DNA of 40,578 nt from an uncultured Candidatus Saccharibacteria bacterium (GCA_964555555.1 CAZKSQ010000001.1:1-40578), one strand, 5' to 3'; numbered from the stretch's first letter, positions 1 to 8,459 are shown. Made by a program: numbers and translations. The notes: generated from the sequence alone by a model not told the origin.

Positions 1-24
1 TTTTCTCGGCATTTTTTGTGTCGT

Positions 25-47
25 TGGCGGACCCGAGAGGAATCGAA
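25..47 (-). other. Orphan tRNA 3'-end-like fragment (T-loop half, T-stem 3' strand, acceptor 3' strand, CCA) with no cognate 5' half
   Basis: Minus strand reads TTCGATTCCTCTCGGGTCCGCCA. The bases just 5' of it (CCGGCC) cannot form the T stem, and no GGACCCG acceptor partner is present. The first 16 nt are identical to the T-loop/T-stem of tRNA-Arg(TCT) at 8397-8412. Confidence 0.35.
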
Positions 48-150
48 GGCCGGAGCGAGCGCAGGCGATACACCAGAATCGCCTACTGGGCGAGCGAGGC
101 GGGGTCGCGGACCGAGCCAGCAGGCGAGGATCCGTGACCGATTCCCAATC

Positions 151-176
151 AAAAAAAGCACACCCCTCGTGTGCTT
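151..176 (-). terminator. Rho-independent terminator downstream of the 197..1096 ORF
   Basis: Minus strand reads AGCACAC-GAGGG-GTGTGCT followed by a T run, about 20 nt after the stop codon. Confidence 0.6.
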
Positions 177-196
177 TATCGCTTTGTTTTCATCAG

Positions 197-1096
197 TTAG
201 AACTGGTAGTTGTACGAGAGCGTGATGCTCTGGTATGGATAGACTGCGCCGCCGAAGCCGAGAAATCCATTGCCGAAGTGGCCGTAGATCCCGAGCGTTT
301 CCGCGACAAGGACTTTTTGGTAATAGGGATTGTCGCTCTCGAAGTAATCGCGAGGGTACATCTTGGCGCCTAACCCCAAGCCCCAGTTGCGGCTAAGGGG
401 CACTTCGCCGATGAGCTCCGCTACGCCATGACGCCAATCGTCATAGTAGTAGCGCAAGTTAAGCGCGAAGATCTGGTCGGCACTAGCGTCCCGAAAGCCG
501 TAGCTCATGAAGGCGTATGGCGAGGAAGTGCTCCAAGGCCTGACGCCCCACTTGAAGCCCGTTTCTTTACGGATGCCGTCTTGGCCAGGCAGGCCTTCCT
601 GCGGATGGAAAGGGCTGGCGAGGTTCAGGTGTTCCTCGTAACCAGAAAAAGAGTCTTCGAAGACGCTCTCTAATGTTTCGAACCTGTCCATGGCTCCTGG
701 GAAGATCTTGAGGGCAAGTTCCCGGATCGTCAGCCTCGCGGCAGCGGTTACGGCGTTCTTGCCGGCGCTGGTGTAGTACTGGTCGAAGGTCACGCCTTGG
801 GCGCGAAGGGAAGCCTCGTTCTGGAGATATGTGATATCCCAAGTCGGCGCGAAGGTATTAGTGACCTCGTGCAGGATCCTGTTCTCGAACAAGCCTTCTA
901 TGGCTGCTGGAGTCGTATTCTCCAGTTCGCGATCGCCATATTCGTGGCTGAAGGGAATCTTCGCTTGCGGCGAAGGTTGGATCAAGACGGCATTATTTGT
1001 GTTGTCGGCGCTCGAATTGATTTGTATAAGAACTGATGCAATAAGACAAGAGAAGCGTCTGGTCGGACCTCTAATTTTATTTGGCAAATGATTCAC
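197..1096 (-). CDS. Hypothetical secreted protein, possibly a beta-barrel (C-terminal ...LSYNYQF)
   Basis: 299-aa ORF with a short N-terminal hydrophobic segment (FSCLIASVLIQINSSA), an aromatic/Gly-rich alternating C-terminal half and a terminal Phe. Visibly more GC-rich than the rest of the window. No recognised catalytic motif. Confidence 0.6.
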   Translation of the reverse strand: MNHLPNKIRGPTRRFSCLIASVLIQINSSADNTNNAVLIQPSPQAKIPFSHEYGDRELENTTPAAIEGLFENRILHEVTNTFAPTWDITYLQNEASLRAQGVTFDQYYTSAGKNAVTAAARLTIRELALKIFPGAMDRFETLESVFEDSFSGYEEHLNLASPFHPQEGLPGQDGIRKETGFKWGVRPWSTSSPYAFMSYGFRDASADQIFALNLRYYYDDWRHGVAELIGEVPLSRNWGLGLGAKMYPRDYFESDNPYYQKVLVAETLGIYGHFGNGFLGFGGAVYPYQSITLSYNYQF

Positions 1097-1160
1097 ATAA
1101 CCTCCTTTGTTAGTGATTTCCAGTATAAAATGCTACTCCTATATGGCGAAAATGCAATGT

Positions 1161-1625
1161 TCAGAATCCGAGCCTTTCCAAGAGATGCTTCAATAGCGGC
1201 TCATGATGCTCTTTTTCTGCTATATATTTCAACAATACAGCCCTGACTTCTTCTGGGTCTACTTCATCTATATATATCTCGATGAGAGGCATCAGGGTCT
1301 TGTGCGACTTCAAGAGCAGTTTGGGAGGCAAATGGTCGTGCGGTATCCAAAACGATTCCAAAGTAAGGAAAGGGTACAGAGTGGTGCCGATCAATATCCC
1401 GCGGTCATTGACTTCATAGCGCAAAAGCCGAGGTTCCGTGGAGGCATGCAAAACCAAAGCGCTGGCTGCGACCAATACGAATATTCCAGGGATTATCAAT
1501 CCGAAAATGAAGCAGACGACGACCAATGCCAGGGAAATGATGCCGACAGCCCAATACCAGTCGGACTTTTTGGGCCCGTTAAGGTGCTCGCGTGCTTGCC
1601 AAGAGATGATTTCGACTGTAGCCAT
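1161..1625 (-). CDS. Small membrane protein (two TM helices plus a C-terminal soluble domain)
   Basis: 154-aa ORF. It has a DWYWAVGIISLALVVVCFIFGLIIPGIFVLVAASALVL hydrophobic hairpin. No competing ORF is better supported. Confidence 0.65.
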   Translation of the reverse strand: MATVEIISWQAREHLNGPKKSDWYWAVGIISLALVVVCFIFGLIIPGIFVLVAASALVLHASTEPRLLRYEVNDRGILIGTTLYPFLTLESFWIPHDHLPPKLLLKSHKTLMPLIEIYIDEVDPEEVRAVLLKYIAEKEHHEPLLKHLLERLGF

Positions 1626-1719
1626 GGGAACATTTTATCATTTTATTTGTTCTTGTGTTGTGCACAAAGCAAAGCGCTCAATTGCGCTTATGAGATTTTT
1701 TCATTATCATGGCAGCTAT

Positions 1720-1804
1720 GGATGGGTGGCTGAGTGGTCTAAAGCACCAGTCTTGAAAACTGGCGTCCCTCACGGGACCGTGAGTTCGAATCTCACCCCA
1801 TCCG
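1720..1804 (+). tRNA. tRNA-Ser (anticodon TGA), class II with long variable arm
   Basis: Hand-folded cloverleaf. Acceptor GGATGGG/CCCATCC; anticodon stem CCAGT/ACTGG with loop CTTGAAA; variable arm GTCCC..GGGAC; T arm GTGAG-TTCGAAT-CTCAC. CCA is not encoded. Confidence 0.9.
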
Positions 1805-1847
1805 CCTTAGTTTTCGAAAGTTTGCTAAAATACTAATGCTGAATTAA

Positions 1848-2342
1848 ATGAAAAAGAAGAATTCGACAGTAAAATCCCAAAAGAAAACCATCGTCGCGGT
1901 GAGCGGCGGCTTTGACCCAGTCCACATCGGCCATGTGCGCATGTTCAATGAAGCCAAGAAGCTGGGGGAAAAGCTCGTCGTGATATTGAACAATGACAAC
2001 TGGCTGACCAAAAAGAAGGGCTATGTTTTCATGCACCAAGACGAAAGGAAAGAGATCATCGAAGCTTTTGGGGCAGTAGACGAAGTAATGCTGACTTTCC
2101 ACAAGGAAAATCCGGAAGATATGAGCGTGTGTGCGGAATTGAAAGCCTTGAAGCCGCAAATCTTCGCCAATGGCGGCGATCGCACGGTCAAGAATGTTCC
2201 GGAGATACCGGTCTGCGAAGAGCTTGGCTGCAATATGGTCTACAATGTCGGCTCTGGCGGCAAGGTGCAGTCGAGCTCTTGGCTGGTAGCGAAAGTGAAG
2301 GATGTGGCCAAAACAAGAGAAACGCAGAAAAGAAATAAATGA
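1848..2342 (+). CDS. Cytidylyltransferase-like nucleotidyltransferase (HxGH family)
   Basis: N-terminal VSGGFDPVHIGHVRMF matches the (H/T)xGH nucleotidyltransferase signature of the glycerol-3-phosphate cytidylyltransferase / heptose-1-P adenylyltransferase / FAD synthase superfamily. Its stop overlaps the next gene's ATG. Confidence 0.75.
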   Translation: MKKKNSTVKSQKKTIVAVSGGFDPVHIGHVRMFNEAKKLGEKLVVILNNDNWLTKKKGYVFMHQDERKEIIEAFGAVDEVMLTFHKENPEDMSVCAELKALKPQIFANGGDRTVKNVPEIPVCEELGCNMVYNVGSGGKVQSSSWLVAKVKDVAKTRETQKRNK

Positions 2343-3706
2343 AGCGCTATTACATCCTCATCCTGATCCTTTTGTCCGGTATAACCCACTTCATATATTT
2401 TGGCTATCCGAGAAATGTTGTTTTCGATGAAGTCCACTTCGGCAATTTTGCCAGCGCCTATACGGCCGGCAATTATTTCTTCGACATTCATCCACCTTTG
2501 GGGAAGCTCCTCATCAGCGCCGCCGGCTACATCGGCGGCTATCCGGCGGAATCTACGAACTACGGCCAGATCGGCAATGTATTCGGCGATCCGCGCTATA
2601 TGTGGTACAGGATTTTGCCGATGCTCGCCGGATTCGCTTTGCCGCTCGTTATCTTTTTCCTTTGCCTTGAATTGGGCCTCTCGCCAAGATTCTCTTTTCT
2701 GGCTGGCCTTTTGATCATCTTTGAGAACTCGCTTCTGGTTCAATCGCGATTTATCTTGCTCGACAGCTTACTGCTCCTGTTCGGCTTCTCGTCATGTCTG
2801 CTCTATGCATATTCATTGAGATCGACCAGCAATCGGAAAAGGCTTTGGCTGATTCTCGCCGCTGCATTGCTGGCTACTCTTTCCTATAGCGTAAAATGGA
2901 CGGGCATTTCATTCCTGGCCGTGATATTAGTCGTGGAATTATTCCGCGTTATAAAAGCAGTCTCTTGGCGTGAGGAATTGCGAGTTTCTTTGAAGAAGGC
3001 GGCTATATTCTTTGGCGTCGGAATAATAATTTACTTTCTTATATTCGCTATACACTTTGCTTTATTGCCAAAGTCTGGCCCTGGCGATGCTTTCATGTCC
3101 ATAGGTTTCCAAAAAACTTTGATCGGCAGCAACTACCAGAATAGCGCGAATGCCAAGCCGCTGAATCTCGTTCAAAAATTCCTGGAGCTGAATGTGGAAA
3201 TGTACAAAGCCAATTCCACGCTTACCGCCACGCACCAATATGGCAGCAAATGGTGGCAGTGGCCGCTCATGATGCGCCCAGTCTATTATTGGTACAATAG
3301 CTCTCTCGATGGCGGTCCTGCCAGCGCGATGATATATCTTTTGGGAAATCCATTCGTCTATTGGCTGGCGTTTGCCGCGGTCGTTGCTTTGATAATCAAG
3401 AATTTCTTTGACAGAAATAAAAAAGAGCTGCTGATGATCTTCGCATATCTCTTGAATCTCCTGCCATTCATTTTCATAAGCCGCGTGGCATTCCTCTATC
3501 ATTACGAAACGGCGCTCGTCATAGCAATAATAACTTTGGCATATCTTATCGATCACTATTTCAAAGGAAAGACAAAGCAGATAACTTTCTATTCTCTGAT
3601 CGTCATCTGTTTGGCTGGCTTCCTCTATTTTAGCCCCCTCACTTACGGCTTTCCTATGAATTCAAAAGCGCTCATGACGCGCTTTTGGTTCTCTTCCTGG
3701 CGCTGA
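2339..3706 (+). CDS. GT39/PMT-family polyprenol-phosphate-mannose protein mannosyltransferase
   Basis: 455-aa polytopic membrane ORF. N-terminal loop FDEVHFGNFASAY...DIHPPLGKLL matches the conserved DE-motif loop of PMT/GT-C enzymes. Confidence 0.8.
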   Translation: MKRYYILILILLSGITHFIYFGYPRNVVFDEVHFGNFASAYTAGNYFFDIHPPLGKLLISAAGYIGGYPAESTNYGQIGNVFGDPRYMWYRILPMLAGFALPLVIFFLCLELGLSPRFSFLAGLLIIFENSLLVQSRFILLDSLLLLFGFSSCLLYAYSLRSTSNRKRLWLILAAALLATLSYSVKWTGISFLAVILVVELFRVIKAVSWREELRVSLKKAAIFFGVGIIIYFLIFAIHFALLPKSGPGDAFMSIGFQKTLIGSNYQNSANAKPLNLVQKFLELNVEMYKANSTLTATHQYGSKWWQWPLMMRPVYYWYNSSLDGGPASAMIYLLGNPFVYWLAFAAVVALIIKNFFDRNKKELLMIFAYLLNLLPFIFISRVAFLYHYETALVIAIITLAYLIDHYFKGKTKQITFYSLIVICLAGFLYFSPLTYGFPMNSKALMTRFWFSSWR

Positions 3707-3765
3707 GCCTTTGTCGCTGAATAATAAGCCTGGAACTGCGTCGCCTGTCTTGCTACAGTATCAGC

Positions 3766-4500
3766 ATGAAAATATCCATAGTCATCCCTGCCTATAACGA
3801 GGAGGGCAGAATCCTTGCGACGATTTCCAAGATCCAGGAATACACGGACAAATTTTATCCTGACTATGAAGTCGTTGTGGTGAATGACGGCTCGATCGAT
3901 GGAACTGCGCAGAAAATTCAAGAAATGATGAAGGATAATAAAAAGATTTCCTTGATCGATAATAAGATCAATCGCGGAAAAGGCTTTGCCGTTAAAGATG
4001 GAATATTAAAATCAATCGGCGATGTTATCCTTTTCATGGATGCTGATGGCTCTACGCCTATAGAGTCATTGTCGGCACTTCTTCCTTTTATTGATCAGGG
4101 TGCCGACGTGGTGATAAGCTCACGCAGGATCAGGGGAGCCAAGATTCTGGATGACCAGCCCATACAAAGAATATTCCTCGGCTGGATATTCCGAAAAATA
4201 ACGCAGTCCTTGACGCATTTGGAAATAGTAGATACACAGAATGGCTTCAAACTTTTCAAGGCTGGCGCCGCCAAAGATATTTTTTCCAAAGTGACTATAG
4301 ACGGCTGGGCATTCGACGTCGAAGCGCTAGTTATAGCAAATCGCTTCGGTTACAAATGCACTGAAGTTCCGATCGTTTGGCGAAATGACAGGAGGAGCAA
4401 GGTAAGCATCATTAGCATGATAATGATGCTTATGGACCTTATAAAGATAGGTTTTCGGATGAGCCGTGGAGAATATGGCGGCACTCGTGCTAAGCTTTAG
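3766..4500 (+). CDS. GT2 glycosyltransferase (polyprenol-phosphate mannose/glucose synthase-like)
   Basis: Contains MKISIVIPAYNEE..., VVNDGSIDGT and FMDADGST (DxD) motifs typical of GT-A family 2 DPM1/Ppm1-like enzymes. Adjacent to the PMT gene. Confidence 0.8.
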   Translation: MKISIVIPAYNEEGRILATISKIQEYTDKFYPDYEVVVVNDGSIDGTAQKIQEMMKDNKKISLIDNKINRGKGFAVKDGILKSIGDVILFMDADGSTPIESLSALLPFIDQGADVVISSRRIRGAKILDDQPIQRIFLGWIFRKITQSLTHLEIVDTQNGFKLFKAGAAKDIFSKVTIDGWAFDVEALVIANRFGYKCTEVPIVWRNDRRSKVSIISMIMMLMDLIKIGFRMSRGEYGGTRAKL

Positions 4501-4502
4501 GC

Positions 4503-4904
4503 GTGAACAAGCAAAAGATATTGGGCATAGACTTCGGCGAGAAGCGCATAGGCATAGCTGTTTCTGATGAAAGCGGATCGATGGCATTTCCAGTTTCGGT
4601 TATTGCGAACACTTCTCATTTGGCCGAAAAAATAGAGAAGATCGCCAAAGAAAAAGGCGCCAAGGAGATAGTGGTCGGCGAATCCAGAGATTACAAGGGC
4701 GAAGCGAATAAGACTCTAAAAAAAGCCCAAGAATTGGCGGACACTCTAAAGAAGAAAGGATTTGTTGTGATCTTTGAGCCGGAATTCATGACTAGCGTCC
4801 AAGCCGAACGCCTTCAAGGCAAGAATGATATGATAGATGCTTCTGCGGCGGCGCTTATTTTGCAATCATATTTGGACAAACAGAGATTAGAGATTAGAGA
4901 TTAG
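4503..4904 (+). CDS. ruvX: Putative pre-16S rRNA nuclease / Holliday junction resolvase-like YqgF
   Basis: GTG start 2 nt after the upstream stop. N-terminus ILGIDFGEKRIGIAVSD is the YqgF/RuvX signature. 133 aa. Confidence 0.85.
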   Translation: MNKQKILGIDFGEKRIGIAVSDESGSMAFPVSVIANTSHLAEKIEKIAKEKGAKEIVVGESRDYKGEANKTLKKAQELADTLKKKGFVVIFEPEFMTSVQAERLQGKNDMIDASAAALILQSYLDKQRLEIRD

Positions 4905-4920
4905 AAAAAACACAATAAAA

Positions 4921-5526
4921 ATGATTTCATACTTACTAAATCCACAGGCTATTATTACCACAGTCGGCTTGTTCGGAGTGATCGGCATCATTTTTGCGGA
5001 GACGGGACTTTTCTTCGGTTTTTTCTTTCCGGGGGATTCGCTTTTATTCACCGCTGGCTTCCTGGCTTCTCAAGGCTATATCTGGTTTCCAGGGCTTCTC
5101 ATTGGCACCTTCATCGCCGCAGTCCTAGGCGATAGCGTCGGATACGCTTTTGGCAAGAAGGTGGGTCCGGCGCTTTTTTCGAAGGAAGATTCGTTATTTT
5201 TTGATAAGCAGCACATAGCTCGCGCCCAGCATTTTTATGAAAAATATGGAAAAAAGACTGTTCTCTTGGCGCGCTTCATTCCTGTTGTGAGGACATTCGC
5301 ACCTATTGTTGCTGGCATCGGGTCCATGCCATACCGCATTTTCATCGCATATAATATTGCCGGCGGTTTTTTGTGGACTTGGGCGATGCTTTGGCTTGGC
5401 TTTGGCTTGGGCAGGCTCATTCCGAACCCAGATAGGTATGTTTTGCCGATAGTGGTAATAATTATCGTTATCTCCGCGATTCCGCCACTGCGCGAATACT
5501 TGAAGATGAGGAAACAGCGGCAATAG
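4921..5526 (+). CDS. DedA/SNARE-associated family membrane protein
   Basis: 201 aa. Contains FFFPGDSLLFTAGFLA, GKKTVLLARFIPVVRTFAPIVAG and YRIFIAYNIAGG, typical DedA motifs. Confidence 0.85.
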   Translation: MISYLLNPQAIITTVGLFGVIGIIFAETGLFFGFFFPGDSLLFTAGFLASQGYIWFPGLLIGTFIAAVLGDSVGYAFGKKVGPALFSKEDSLFFDKQHIARAQHFYEKYGKKTVLLARFIPVVRTFAPIVAGIGSMPYRIFIAYNIAGGFLWTWAMLWLGFGLGRLIPNPDRYVLPIVVIIIVISAIPPLREYLKMRKQRQ

Positions 5527-5565
5527 AGGCTTCATTCGAAGCGCCTAATGGTGTAAAATAAAGGC

Positions 5566-6549
5566 ATGCGACACCAGTCCCTTTTTTACTCGCTCTTTCC
5601 GCCTCCAAAATTCCTCACTATGCCGCATGCCGGACTAGAAATTTCCGACGATGCCCTGCGCTGTATCGAGTATCGCTCGACTCCTCACGGCTTGGTTGTT
5701 TCCAAATTTGCCAAGGCTGAACTTCCGCCGAACCTTATAGATGGGGGAAACATAAGCGACGAAAAGCAGTTCATCGAATTGCTAAAAGCTTTTGTGCGCG
5801 TCAACAAGCTTTCTTATGTCAAAGTCTCTTTGCCGGAAGAAAAAGTCTATCTTTTCCAGCTCGATATTCCCAGCACAGAAGTCAAAGCCATCACCCAGCA
5901 TGTCGAATTCAAGCTGGAAGAAAACGTGCCCTTGCCGGCTTCCGAGGCGGTATTTTATTTCGATATCTTGCCGGCATCGGTCACTGGCGGCGTGCTTCGT
6001 GCCAGTGTATCTGTCGTGCCCAAAACATATGTAGAAAAGATGCTCTCTATACTGCATGGTATGAAATTGACACCCATGGCATTCGAGGTTGCGCCAAAAT
6101 CCATTGCCAAAGCTGTTATCCCCAACAGTTCCGACAATACCTATCTCATCGTCCATGTCATGAATAAAAAGATCGGCACATACATCGTCTCTGGCGGGGT
6201 AGTCTGCTTTTCATCCACCATTGCTTGGGGTGGCATCCTGAATATCCCGTCTGATCCCGAGCAGGTTTCATTGGCTATTGATCCAGTCATGAGAGAGATA
6301 CAGCGCGTCTATACATACTGGGCGACTCGACCGGATGCACATTCCAAGATTGCCGAGATTCTTGTGGTCGGGAAGGGCGCTGCAACTTTGGAGACGATGT
6401 TCCATACAAACGCCACAGCTGGCTTGCCGCCCTTGGCGACAGAAGACATATGGCGCAATGCCTTCGACATTCACAAGTACATTCCCGCTATTTCCCGCGA
6501 AGATTCGCTGGAGTACGCAGTCGCCGCGGGTTTGGCATTGCCTTCATAA
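5566..6549 (+). CDS. pilM: Type IV pilus assembly protein PilM-like (actin-like ATPase fold)
   Basis: 327 aa. N-terminal GLEISDDALRCIEY... and the overall PilM-like pattern, followed by two single-TM PilN/PilO-like ORFs. Confidence 0.65.
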   Translation: MRHQSLFYSLFPPPKFLTMPHAGLEISDDALRCIEYRSTPHGLVVSKFAKAELPPNLIDGGNISDEKQFIELLKAFVRVNKLSYVKVSLPEEKVYLFQLDIPSTEVKAITQHVEFKLEENVPLPASEAVFYFDILPASVTGGVLRASVSVVPKTYVEKMLSILHGMKLTPMAFEVAPKSIAKAVIPNSSDNTYLIVHVMNKKIGTYIVSGGVVCFSSTIAWGGILNIPSDPEQVSLAIDPVMREIQRVYTYWATRPDAHSKIAEILVVGKGAATLETMFHTNATAGLPPLATEDIWRNAFDIHKYIPAISREDSLEYAVAAGLALPS

Positions 6550-6550
6550 T

Positions 6551-7093
6551 ATGAGACACACGCTTTTACCATCGAATGAAAGAAAGTCTTTGCGCCGGGA
6601 TTATTTTGTCCGGCTGCTCATCGTGCTCTGCTTTCTGCTGTCATTGTCCGCCCTCATAGGTGCTGCGGCATTATTCCCGGCATATCTTTCCGCCAGAAAT
6701 CTGGAACAATCCGAGCAGGGCACCGTCTCGGAAATCAATTCTTCCAAAGAGGCTCAAAATCGAGCTGCTATTGATGCCAAGTTGCGCTCGGATCAAGCCG
6801 TGGTTACGAGACTCCTTGGGAATGCAAACAATTATCGCGCTTCCGGCGCCGTACAAACGATAGTTGGCGAACGAGGCGCAGTGACCTTGACTTCCTTTGC
6901 CTTCACGGCCTTGGGCACTTCGACAGCGATAGCGGTGTTACAAGGACAAGCTCTCACGCGCGATGAATTGCTCGCCTTCAAGGCTCGTCTTTTGACCGCT
7001 TTCCCGCAATCTACGGTCGATCTCCCGCTTTCGGAGCTGGCGAAGCAAAAAGACATAGAATTCTCCATGAAAATAACCTACAAAACACGATGA
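6551..7093 (+). CDS. PilN-like bitopic pilus assembly protein
   Basis: ATG at 6551, 1 nt after the pilM stop. The longer 6335 start would overlap pilM. A basic N-terminus, one TM helix (LLIVLCFLLSLSALIGAAALF) and a periplasmic-type domain. Call rests on context. Confidence 0.5.
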   Translation: MRHTLLPSNERKSLRRDYFVRLLIVLCFLLSLSALIGAAALFPAYLSARNLEQSEQGTVSEINSSKEAQNRAAIDAKLRSDQAVVTRLLGNANNYRASGAVQTIVGERGAVTLTSFAFTALGTSTAIAVLQGQALTRDELLAFKARLLTAFPQSTVDLPLSELAKQKDIEFSMKITYKTR

Positions 7094-7662
7094 AGCCTCT
7101 CTATGCAAATATCCCCATGCTTTTGCTCGGAATTGCAGTCACGTTCTGCGGTATTTCTTTGTATGCTTATATGTACAACGCGGTCAGCGCTTCCTATTCT
7201 CGCGCAGTGCTCGCTCGGAGCGTCGTTGATTCGCAAAAACAGGATACAGTCGACGAAACGGCTACGCAGTTGCTTTACGATGACACTGCGGCAGACCGTG
7301 CGCGCCTAGCCTCATTCTTCTTGAATGAGGGCCAGGCCGTTTCCTTCATCGAAAATCTGGAGCAGATCGGGAGCCAAGTCGGCAGCGCGGTTAACCTTTC
7401 CTCTGTATCCGCAGATGACACCAGCAGTCTGAAGCCTGGTTCATTCGCTAGCATACGCGCTACTGTGAGCGTGAGCGGCTCTTGGCAGTCAGTCATGCGC
7501 ACGCTGGAGCTTTCGGAGATATTGCCCTATCAGGCTTCTATAGACAATGTCGGCCTCAACGAAACCACTAGCGGCACAGGCAAGGCGGCGAAGCAGATTT
7601 GGCAAGCGTCGTACAATGTCACCGCTGCCGTCCTGGTCGGCGCTTCATCTACAAAGCAATGA
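7090..7662 (+). CDS. PilO-like bitopic membrane protein
   Basis: Start overlaps the upstream stop (ATGA). One N-terminal TM helix plus a soluble domain of about 150 aa. Assignment is by gene order only. Confidence 0.4.
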   Translation: MKPLYANIPMLLLGIAVTFCGISLYAYMYNAVSASYSRAVLARSVVDSQKQDTVDETATQLLYDDTAADRARLASFFLNEGQAVSFIENLEQIGSQVGSAVNLSSVSADDTSSLKPGSFASIRATVSVSGSWQSVMRTLELSEILPYQASIDNVGLNETTSGTGKAAKQIWQASYNVTAAVLVGASSTKQ

Positions 7663-7994
7663 TAAAAATCAATACAAAAAATCGCAAAGGCAGGAAAGCA
7701 ACGCAAGCTTTTTCCTCATTTATTCATAGGATCGGCCGTGACGCTAACCTCGACTGGGCACTTTCGGTGGGATTTGCATTCATCTTGGCATTGGCGCTTG
7801 TTGGCGTCGCCTACACTACATTTGTCAGGACTTCGCATTTGAATGTTACAGCCTTAACTGCTCCGGTTGCGCCGAAGAAAGCGATCTTCAGCCGATCCGA
7901 CCTGCAAAATGTGCTACAGGCCTATGATGATCGCGTGGTCCAAAGTGCCCAGCTCCAAAAAGGCTATGCGGGACCGGCGGATCCGTCGATTTAG
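7659..7994 (+). CDS. Small bitopic membrane protein (pilus cluster-associated)
   Basis: ATG at 7659 overlaps the upstream stop (ATGA). A basic N-terminus followed by one TM helix (ALSVGFAFILALALVGVAY). Confidence 0.45.
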   Translation: MIKINTKNRKGRKATQAFSSFIHRIGRDANLDWALSVGFAFILALALVGVAYTTFVRTSHLNVTALTAPVAPKKAIFSRSDLQNVLQAYDDRVVQSAQLQKGYAGPADPSI

Positions 7995-8045
7995 TAATTA
8001 TCATAGAGAGGTGATAGGGTTATGGTGTTGTGGTAGAATCCCTGT

Positions 8046-8354
8046 GTGCCGTACAAAAATAGGGAAGATCTTTATAAAGCTCAAAAAATGTTTCGTCAAA
8101 AGATAAGGTCGAATCTGCTGGATTATTTGTCGAATCAGTCATGTGTTGACTGTGGAGAAAGTGATCCTATTGTCTTGGACTTTGACCACAAAAGTTCTGA
8201 TAATAAGTTCAAGACTGTAGCCAAGATGTTGTCAGGGCACTATTCTTGGAATTCTGTCATGAGCGAAATCGATAAATGTGACGTTCGTTGCGCAAATTGT
8301 CACAGAAGGAGAACATACAAGCAACTTAATTGTTGGGGAAAAACGCCCCTGTAG
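8046..8354 (+). CDS. Free-standing HNH endonuclease
   Basis: CVDCGESDPIVLDFDHK...N...CANCHRRRT is the HNH Cys-box/His-Asn-His pattern. The start is GTG, with an alternative internal ATG. The last 10 nt overlap tRNA-Arg(TCT). Confidence 0.7.
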   Translation: MPYKNREDLYKAQKMFRQKIRSNLLDYLSNQSCVDCGESDPIVLDFDHKSSDNKFKTVAKMLSGHYSWNSVMSEIDKCDVRCANCHRRRTYKQLNCWGKTPL

Positions 8355-8419
8355 TTTAATGGATAAAACAGTGGACTTCTAAGCCATTGATAGAGGTTCG
8401 ATTCCTCTCGGGGGCACCA
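8345..8419 (+). tRNA. tRNA-Arg (anticodon TCT), CCA encoded
   Basis: Acceptor GCCCCTG/CGGGGGC (one G-U pair). Anticodon loop CTTCTAA. T arm AGAGG-TTCGATT-CCTCT. Discriminator A followed by CCA. Confidence 0.85.
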
Positions 8420-8459
8420 CAGGGTGTGGATAGCTCAAAATGCCGCTCTTTCTCATTCC

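Noticed and set aside
25-150. tmRNA, tRNA-Sec or intron-containing tRNA on the minus strand at the left edge
   Set aside because: The T stem 5' strand and the acceptor 5' strand are missing. The only 7-bp hairpin has an 8-nt loop with no TCA/anticodon context. The available space (125 nt before a terminator belonging to the upstream gene) is too short for a tmRNA.
2240-2743. 167-aa minus-strand ORF, and other antisense ORFs inside the PMT, GT2, DedA and PilM genes
   Set aside because: All lie inside and antisense or out of frame to CDSs that have clear family motifs. None has a motif or sensible start context.
6335-6550. Long N-terminal extension of the PilN-like ORF
   Set aside because: The extension overlaps the pilM 3' end in another frame and translates to Arg/Trp/Pro-rich nonsense. 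The ATG at 6551, right after the pilM stop, gives a typical bitopic protein.
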